Source: the human T2T-CHM13v2.0 reference genome, Homo sapiens
NCBI RefSeq assembly: GCF_009914755.1
Contig: NC_060930.1
Reading direction: 5' to 3' (one strand)
DNA: 64,000 bases
The notes below the pieces were generated by a model that was given only the letters and a program-made list of their open reading frames with translations, did not search any database and was not told the DNA's origin. This document shows, in pieces, positions 54,838 to 64,000 of this stretch. Positions within the stretch are counted from its first letter, which is position 1. Every line of letters begins with the position of its first letter. The translations under genes were made by a program, and so were the position numbers.

Positions 54838-55390
54838 AGGTTCCATAAATCAAGTCCTTGTAATCTGAATACATTTTTACCATTATTTTGAAATATTCAA
54901 CTAATCAATAGGGCATCAGCAGTGATACTGCCCTGTAATATTTCAAATTATAATAGAAATCTTGTACTTTTTGGATGATTCACAAGTTGGATTTATAAAT
55001 CTAAACTCACTTGAAGTTAAAAACTCAGGGTTTAATTTATGGAACCTGCCCATATATTTTAGCAGCCTGCTTTTGATTTATAAGTCTCTCCTCTTTTTAA
55101 TGGTAGTTGTAGCCAACTGGTTTTTAGTGTTTTATAAGTCCAAAAATTAATTTCCATATCCTTAAATGGGTTTACAAATCCTAATATAGATTTACAAGTC
55201 CTGAAACAGATTTTAAAATCGTGCCAATAAATCCTAAATAAAGACTTGATTTACAAACCTGGATTTTGCACCTGGTTTTCCAGGAAGTGATTTATAAATC
55301 AGGAGTTGAGAGCACCCCTGGCAGAGTGAGTCCACTTTCTCTCTGGGAAGTCCTGCTCTCTGCATCGAATTGCGCTGGCTTGATTTACAA
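54838..55390. promoter_or_regulatory. Dense array of GATTTA(T/C)AA(A/G)TC motifs (PBX-HOX/CDX-like sites); candidate enhancer or old DNA-transposon subterminal repeats
   Basis: About 11 related 10-14-mers in 550 bp (see findings). Function is inferred only. Confidence 0.45.
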
Positions 55391-56699
55391 GGCAGCAGCC
55401 TCGAGCTGGCCAAGGCTCCTCCGGCTCTGACATGCCTGTGCTGGTGAGGAAAAAGGGCCACATCCCACAGGCTGGCTAAAACGGTCACTAATCAGACTGA
55501 AGACAGCAAACCATTCATCTTCTTTGTCAGAGAGGGAAGGTGGTGACCAGATAGTGAAGACTTCCAGTTCTGCCTGAGTAAAGCAGCTGAGATACATGCA
55601 AGGCATTTGGCGCGACTCTAGTCAGCATTAACACTTGCATTACACTGCACAGCCCAGGGCCAAGGTCAGGGTAGAGAGTGTGTCTCATTCCTCAGATAGA
55701 ACTGAGGATGGGCATCTGTACTTTGTTCCCTTCCTGTCATTATGCTGCTGAAGATGTTTGGCCTACAGAAGAATGTACACCAGACTGGTGACAGTGTTTT
55801 TTCTGGGGGAATGGGATAGGAGGAGAAGGGTAAATCATTTCTACTTCCTTAATTCCTGGGCTGTTTGAATAACTTTCACAGTGACCATGTAGTACTTTCA
55901 TAACTGCAAAAAATATACCAGCAAGTATCAGGAATATGGGGAAACAAGGGGTTTTATTATTTGCTCTTTCCTAAGTACCTATAGCAGCCTGCCATCACAC
56001 AGGACTCCCTCATTAGCTAGCATTCTGTTATACTCTGCATTGGTGCCCCCTGGTATTTCTAAAGTAGTTTAGAGTCCACAGAATCCTTCCATAGAATGCT
56101 TTCTTATTTACTCATCCAGTTTCCTGTGAACCAGGCAAGGCAACAGTCATGTTCCAGACACGTCAGCTGAAGCTCCCAGAGGATGAGTTGCTTGCTTTAC
56201 CCAAAAGGATATTTAACTAGGCTGAACAATCTTTGGGCCAGCATTGGATTTCTCATTCCATAACACAGGCTTTCATGCCACACATAGGCCTCCTCACTCT
56301 CCAGGTCTGAAACACATTGTGGCTCCTATGGCCCAGCTGCTCTCTGGGCCGTGTGTTATGACTGTGTTATGGCTCCATCGGTGAGCCAGCTGAAGCTCTG
56401 TCAGTGATAGTCTTCTTTGAAAGACTGTTGCTTTCTCTTTTTCTCACTCTCTGTCGGTCTCTCACACTTGCTCTGGCATATACCGATCTTCTGAGCCAAG
56501 TTGTGCCCTTCAGTGATCCTGCTCAGTTCCCTCAAAATGGCTCAGACACCAGTTGTTTTGTTTTGTTTTTGTAAAACCCTCCTGACCACTATACTTTCCA
56601 GTGCCTTTTCAAATCATCGTAGCAGTTACTGTTTGTTTACCTGCCAGTTAATTACCTACCTCCTCTCCTGATGTCTTTCATTTTTGGTGAAGAAGTTCT

Positions 56700-56900
56700 C
56701 CACAGTTAAAATCAGGAACTCCGAGTTTGTATTCTGGCTCCATGACTTGCTGAAAAGAAGCCTGATGAGCCTCAATTTGTTCAAATGAGAATCTATTTTA
56801 ACTTTCCTACCTACTGAACATTGTGGTTATAATGCTCAAATGAAATAAAATAGGAGAAAATGTTTTGCAAATCTTAAATGCTATATGACTGTAAGCTGCT
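56700..56900 (+). mobile_element. MIR
   Basis: GAGCCTCAATTTGTTCAAATG..TTCCTACCTACT..TTGTGGTTATAATGCTCAAATGA. Confidence 0.55.
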
Positions 56901-58604
56901 AATATAGCCCCACTATTGAGGATGTGAGAAGTTTAAATGTGGCTGGGGCAATGATGATTAAAAAGTAATTACAATAGTGATTTAGACCATAAATGCAATT
57001 TCGTTTACATATATATGAATGTGAATTATGTAAATTTGAAGTGCTATAATATAAAATATTAATGTCTCATTTTATATACAAATTTTGAGATAAAAGCCTT
57101 CCAAATTAAAAAATACTTGCCAAAATTATACCACTTCAAAGCTGTTGGCCTGAGTAAACTATAAACTATGCATTGACTATTGTTGGTTGGCAGTGCCACT
57201 TTAGCTGGTAAAGAAAAGAGGCACTCATTCTTTGTCAGAAAAATGTGAACCAGGCCCTTGTACCATGTGTCAAAATGTACTATTTAAAATTCATTGTATT
57301 ATAATGAAACAATATGAAGAGCCAAAAGAAATATCATTCAAACTTTTATCAAGCAGTGGTGTTAGCATTCGGGCTATGAATCCTCTTTTTTTTTTTTCCT
57401 ACCTTCCAAAGTAGTAACCTTGCAACATAATTGAGATGTGATAAAATACCATTTTTACTGCTCAATTATTTGGCAGAAAGAACTCTGGGAAATATTAGAG
57501 ATAATCCTGAGTAAACAAAGAAGGAATAGTAAAGCAGTCCTCCTTTCAAATTCTTTAAAGTCATCATATATCCAGCTGAGGATAATGGGAAAAAATGGGT
57601 AAGACTGTGGAGATGTGGCTGTATGATGAACTCCCTATAATGTGCCCCCAGACTATCATGAGTGTAGTGGTATTCACTCAGAGAATGAAATATCCTATTT
57701 AAATTTATTCCTTTGAGAAAATTAGTCTTGAATTTTGCAAGGTTTGAAATACCTCTTTAGGAAAACCTCCCTTGCATACAATCTGATTTGCCTGCAATCA
57801 ATGTGGTGAAGACATACTTCCTATTTAACATTCACAACTGGGTAGTGGAACACAATGTAGGTAAGACTGTGACTTTTAAATTGTCGTCTCTAATTTCTAA
57901 GACCTTCCTCTTTTTACGTCTAGATTATCAACTTCTTGAAAGTAGGAAGGAGTCCATTTCATATTCTTTGACTTTCCTCAATATCTAGTAAAGAACAGGT
58001 ACTCTCTCAATAGATATTTTGGAGTAATTCATTAAAAATACACACCTGTGTTATTCAGATTCTGTGTAGAGCCTAATAAGAATTTCACCCCATGAATAAT
58101 TTTAAAAGATTATATTAATAAATGGGGTGCTTTGTTCACAATAAGCCCACTGATTTGTACCTTGGCTTAGAGCTAAGATGTGATTTGAGGGCCTGCTGAT
58201 TACAAAATGATTGTTTAAATCTTTGCTTGTTGTAATAAGCCCTTTACTGAGCACTACAGCATGCTAAATAGGAGCTCTCCAGTCTAAACAAATAAATCAG
58301 ATAATCCTAACATTACATAAGAATCTACAGACTTAATGAAAATCTTAACAGGGAAGATGTACAATGAAAAATATTTATGTGCATCACTTAATTTAGTGAA
58401 CAGAAGAAAGAGTTACAGATCTGCAGTCTGCCTATACAGGCAACAAACCCTATTCCCGGCCCCTTTCATGATGCCTGTGTTAGGACCAACAAACACATAC
58501 TATGTATTAATTGAAGGTGAGTATAAAGCTTCTAAAAATCTTGAGGAATTAAAAATAACCAGCCAAGCTAATTAAAAGGATATGCATCTTTTCTTCATGA
58601 GAAT

Positions 58605-59092
58605 AAAGTCCAAAGAATTGTGAACTTGGATGAAACATATTTACATCTGCAATTTTACTGAACTTTAACTAAAATTTCACATTTTTATCTATTATGAATG
58701 TAGGCCAAGCCCCACCCCCTCCCAAAACAAAAAACAAAACCCACCGTAGCAAGGAGCAGTATTTGTGACGTTGGCTCAATATTTTTGAATATCATATTAT
58801 TGTTGATGCCGCTATCTTGATGTACCATGTATTCTCACCTCTGCTTTGAAATTATGTTTGTTAATAGACAAATCCACTATGTCCTGTTATTTAATATATT
58901 AACAAGCACATAGATTACTATACCTTAAGTTACACAAGTATCTTTATGATATATATCTTGTGATATACATGGCTTCCTTAGTGATCTCATTTATTTTGGG
59001 TTATGCTCTTAGGAACATTTCTGGGAACGAACACAGAAGACTCCCAAGACTCCCAAAGGGATTTATGGCTCAGAAAAGGTTAAGAAACCCTG
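58605..59092 (+). mobile_element. hAT-Charlie relic (MER113-like)
   Basis: TGTGAACTTGGATG..ATTATGAATGTAGGC..TTTGAAATTATG..AAAAGGTTAAGAAACCCTG end. Confidence 0.7.
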
Positions 59093-60699
59093 ATCTAATG
59101 GCAGCTAAAAACATAGATTGTCTGTATTTGGGAATTAACTGGTCATAAACTTTGAAGACTAGGAGTCTCACTCACAGTTGACAAAGAAAGAATCCCTTTA
59201 CTGACCAAGTCTATTGTGATTATAAATGGAGACTGGAAAGGCAACATTTTGTTACAACTATGTGCCAAAACTGTCTGCATGAGAAAAGGGGTCATAATCC
59301 TTTGCTCTTTCCTTTATTCCCCCATACATTGGTTAAAAAGTACTTTTAACAATATGTTTTTGCACCTTCTCAGCGATGGGTAAACGATTTATAAAAAGTC
59401 ACATAAAGTGGAGACATGACCTTAATTCTTTGTGCTTATGTAGGGACATGAGATTTGTTATGTAGTGATATCATATACAGTGATTGTGCACTACAAAAGA
59501 ATAATGACAGTGACAATTATTCCCAAAGCCGCTTTTGTTCATTGAAATGAGTGATATTTGTTACTTAAAAAATATTTCCTAATTATGTATGACTATTTCC
59601 TTGCCAAGTGCTGACCAGGCCTGGCCTTCCTTTTCCAAGCTGACAGAAGGTTTCAGGTTGAAAGGGATTTGGACTTGAAACTGAATTTCTAATCTGACCA
59701 ACTCCCCAAATGGGGCTCCTGTTCTTGGCAAAAATGCTCTTTGCATATTTCCAGAAAATCATCAGTTATTCAGAGGGACCTTTCAAATGCCAACAGCTTA
59801 AATAAGAAAATGTGCCATGGCAGAAGGAAGCAAGAATGAGGAGCATCAGGCTAAGTGGATCCTGCTGAAAGTAAATTTCCCTCATCAGGGCTTTAGTCCC
59901 CAGGAAAGGTCTCCATCCAGTTACTCCCTAGAGCAGCTGAGTCAAGAGGCCTTCTGAGCACTGTGGAGATTTTAACCCATCTGCCCTGAGGGGGTTGGCC
60001 TATGATACTGATTCTTCTTGTGTCTCACATTCTATTCCTTGAGAAGCAGGAATGAACACCACTTGACTCTTTATTGAAATTGTGTGCTTCCAATGGCACA
60101 TTTCATGCTTTGATGCTTATTGAATTCTTCCAAATTCAAAAATTTTAGGAAAAAGCTGAACATGAAAAATCAACTTCCCCCAATTTCATTTTGTAATATG
60201 TTGAATGCCTACTATGTGCTTGGCATTATGATAGCTTGCTCTAAGAAAATACAATCTAAGATAACAAATTGGACAAAGACACAATGATTGTAAGCATTTG
60301 AGTTAAGGAGTTCATGCTTTACCCAAAGTACAGTAAGTTCCTCATTGTCTAGAAAGCTTGGAATCCCTACATACCCAGATATTACCACAGTCAACTGTTT
60401 TTTTTTTTTGGCTTTTTCATTTGTAAAAGGAGAGACAATAATATCTGTCTCACAGTTCATTGTTATTAAGTGTGGGTCCAATGAGATTATGTATGACAGG
60501 GGGACAAGGCTGTGTAGGCTTGTGCAGACTGGGCTAATTCACAAAAGGAGCGACTCACTCCTACTCAATAGCCTTGTTATGTATGCAACTCAAATGATAA
60601 ATTACACCATGTCATGGACATTTAGGTCACCCCTGGTTGAGTCTCAAGTAATAAATTGATAGCACAATGAATGTATATGGAAATTAGGGAAAAGTTAAC

Positions 60700-61640
60700 A
60701 CAGGGATGTCTTCAATGAAGAAGTGGATTTTGCCGTGGGTCTTGAAAAGTCAGTAGGTTTCTAAAGGCAGAGAGGATAGAAATTAGAAATGGTTGCTGGA
60801 AGAGGAAATAGTATAAAGAAAAACTAAGAGTTGGGTGAATATAACACGTGTGCAGGAAACAGTGAGTAGCCTAGTTTGTGCGCACCATGATATTTGCACC
60901 AGACTAGTGAGGAGATGGATCTGAGAGGGTAGACTGGGCCGTACTGTGGATGTTCTTCACATAGTTGGCAGTCAGGAAAAAACAAGAACATATTCTAACT
61001 GGGACAGAGCTGTGCTTTGGAAAATTAATCTGGTAGCAGCATGTAGAATGCATCAGAGGGTTCAAACATGCAAGGAGAGATAGAGACTGAGGTAGTCCCA
61101 CTAGGAAATGGCCTAGCAATTCAACAGCTAGTTTAGGACTTGGCTCTGTATGGCCAAGGAAGTTATGATGACATGATGCTGAACTGTGGTGGTGGGCATG
61201 CGAGGCATTCAAGAGATTTTGCAGACGCACCACTTACACAGCTTTGCACTGGCTTTATCGAAACAGGGGAGATATAAAGACGATTTGGAGGTTTGAGGCC
61301 CAGGTGACATAGGAAAAGAGAAATAACATAAATGAAAAAGTTGGGAGAAGCTGGTCTGTGGGGTAAGCAAGATGGAGTAGTTCATGATATGAATTTGTAG
61401 TATGCTGAATTTAAGTTGTGAGTGAGGCTTCCAAGTGGGGGTGACAAGCAGGCTGTTAGGAATTTGGGTATGGGCCGAGAAGAGAGCTAAAGATTCAAGT
61501 ATACACTTAAACATCATCTCAAAGCAGGTAATATTTGAAGCAATGAAAATGAGTAGGATTCCTGAAAAGAGAAAGGGAATAAGAAAGCTGAAGTTAGAAC
61601 ACTGGCAAATATCCACTGCAGGTGAAGGGATGTGGCTGAA
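60700..61640 (-). mobile_element. L2 LINE segment
   Basis: TGTGCTTTGGAAAATTAATCTGGTAGCAGC..GATGGAGTAGTTCATGAT..TTAAACATCATC..GAAGCAATGAAAATGAGTAGGAT. Confidence 0.7.
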
Positions 61641-63567
61641 GGCTTTGTGGGATCAGGAGTAGGAAAAACCTACCGGAGTCAGGAAGGTAACTTAATTGGG
61701 AGGCGAGCTTGGGGTCAGAACATCCTCACCTACTTATTAAAAGGTGGGAATTGTGGGGGCACTAGGGAGGGTGGGTCTGTTTTAAGGGGTCCACTGGGAC
61801 ACAGTTTTAATGAGGGGGCCCAGTGTTGCAGATCTTTTGAGTTTTCAAGAGAAGTCATAAATCTAGATTGTGATGGGAATCAAGGAATTGTAACACATTA
61901 AGTCAGACTTTAAAAACCACTGTGCAGAACAAATAGAACATATCTGTGTCCCTGACCTAGACCAGGGGCCATGGGTCTCTCCTTCTGAGGTAGATAGAGA
62001 TGGAATGTTCAGAGAAGTAGGAGGAAAGACGAAGTCAGGATGCTGCATTAAGCCTGACAAGTAGGAGGTAGTTGGTGATCTTCCAGAGAGCAATTTCACT
62101 GGCAAGGTGAAGGTAGAGGCCAAGTGAAGAGAGAGAGAGAGAGAGAGGAGAGAGACATATCCAAGGAGGGGAGAATTCTGAGAAGTTTTCTTGGGTTGAT
62201 AATCTTACGTTGCCTTTACGGCAGATGGGAAGTCTTTACTAGCTAGGACCACTAATTAAGAACATTTCATGAGGAAAATAAAAAAGACTTTCCAAATTAC
62301 TACATTATTATGAGTGAATTAGGAGAGCAATTTGATCACTTGGAAAGTGCTCCTCTTTCAATAAATGTAAAATATGGATTCTTGCTGAGATTTCTAAGCT
62401 GCTTCATCTAAATTATATGCTAAAGTAGAGAAACAGATGTTAAATATGATTAAAACCAATTACAAGTTCCGCAGTACAATACTGTGTTTTACTTACATTA
62501 GTCTCCCTGCTAGCTTAGGTGCCATCCGCTTTGCCTTTATTTCCTGTTCATAACTCCAGGGTAAGCAATGTGGGGGATTTATGCAGTTTAGAACAGAACC
62601 TGACAGGGAGGTACAGATTCAAATGGAAGTGCCTCCGCAAATCTAAACAACTAGCAGAAGGCTCACTGGGGAGGGATGTAGGGGGTGTCCTAGTTTTGCA
62701 TATAAAACAGATTGTTAAGTTTCTGGCCTGACATATCAATGCTTGTATCAAAACTGAATTTTGACTTAATACTGGGGTGAGCTTTTTCCAGATTTTTGTT
62801 TGTTTTTAATTTTTCAAATGGGTTGTTGCTATCTTGAGCATATGACTGTCTGATGCCTGTGCTTTGTCATTCAGGGACTGAGAGGAGAAACACAAATACC
62901 TCAAGAAAAAGGAGATTTGTTCATTATTAAAATTTTGGTGGACTGGGACGGGAAGTGATCAGAAGTGAGGCAACTCTGGGGAATTGGTATTCTTAGGGTC
63001 TTGTGGTCACATTTGCAGCTCTCTGCTGAGGCAGCATGTATGCTCCTTTCCTGAAGGATTCCTCTATAGATTCACAGGACAGCCTCCTTAGAACTTCAGC
63101 CTTGTGACTATTCTGATGCCCTCTTACTTCATGGATTTCAGTTCTCACAGTGGACGACTTCAGTCTCCTAGGATCCTCTCCTTAAATTTCTTGAGGGTAA
63201 ATCTCTTGGTTTCTGCTAATCTTTCAGGCCAGACTATTGGCCAACCTCTGGAGTGGCTGCCCTTGTGTCAGGGACCATCCATGGCCAATCAGCTTTGGTG
63301 GGGCTTTGGGAGCCATCTGATAACAAAATGTGTCTGTTCCTTGAGCAAGGACTGTAGACCTGGAAGATTGCCGTGGATGGGACTGTAAGCAGCACACTTC
63401 CACTAGAAGTTACCTTGCTAGTCTCAGTGTCTAACACATAAGAGGTCCTCAATAAATAAATATCTGTTGAATAAATGACTGACAATAAATGGAGTGGCTT
63501 TGTTTTATGATTAGAAGCGTGTATGTTTGTATGTGTGAGATAAATATTCTCACGTTTGAGACTAAAG

Positions 63568-63780
63568 TAGGAGTGTCCAATCTTTTGACTTTTCTGGACC
63601 ACACTGGAAGAAGAATAATTGTCTTGGCTCACATATAAAATACATTATTACTGATGAGATTTAAAAAATTACAAAAAAAATCTCATAATGTTTCGTTAAA
63701 GTTTATGAATATGTGTTGGGCCACATTCAAAGCTGTCTTGGGCTGAATGTGGCTCACAGGTCATGGTTTGGATAAGCTTG
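63568..63780. mobile_element. MER30 (hAT-Charlie)
   Basis: AGGAGTGTCCAATCTTTTG..CCACACTGGAAGAAGAA..GGGCCACATTCAAAGC..TTGGATAAGCTTG; perfect 8-bp TSD GACTAAAG (63560-63567 / 63781-63788). Confidence 0.93.
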
Positions 63781-64000
63781 GACTAAAGCAAGTCCACCTA
63801 CATGTTTTTTAATTATTGTAATTGGAAAACTAAATGAGGTAGAGCTCTTGTGCTCAAGCAGCATCTGATAGAAAAATAACGATATTTCTTTTTAGGGGTT
63901 TAATGGTAAAACATATCTTAAATTCTTAGTCTCTAATCAGATATGGGTTGTATGCTTCAATATCTCACCCTCTCATTCTTTCTTCTCTTTGTGTAAAATA

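Noticed and set aside
54838-55390. CRISPR-like repeat/spacer array
   Set aside because: The units are ~12 bp, degenerate and irregularly spaced, in a primate genome with no cas genes.

Overview
This is AT-rich primate (human or great-ape-like) non-coding genomic DNA, either intergenic or deep intronic. I recognise no cellular protein-coding exon, RNA gene, CpG island or prokaryote-type system. The only real protein homology is the disrupted ORF1/ORF2 of a minus-strand L1PA7/8-type LINE-1 (1-5472), which sits inside an older L1M. The rest is a layered repeat landscape: 7 Alus plus a FLAM, solo LTRs (MLT1, MST, THE1, MLT2, MER21, MER31), hAT/Tigger/mariner relics (several with intact target-site duplications, TSDs), and MIR/L2/L3 fragments. 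Two things are not explained by these annotations. (1) Three 32-36 bp near-identical 'doublets' appear copied from donors 0.4-2.1 kb away into older repeats without TSD or polyA, alongside several local inverted or iterated templated scars; together these look like a record of break repair by local template capture. (2) A ~550 bp array (54.84-55.39 kb) holds about 11 GATTTAYAARTC / PBX-HOX-type motifs with nested inverted repeats, and one unit was itself copied 1.1 kb away. Repeat subfamily names come from recalled consensus sequences and need RepeatMasker/Dfam confirmation.
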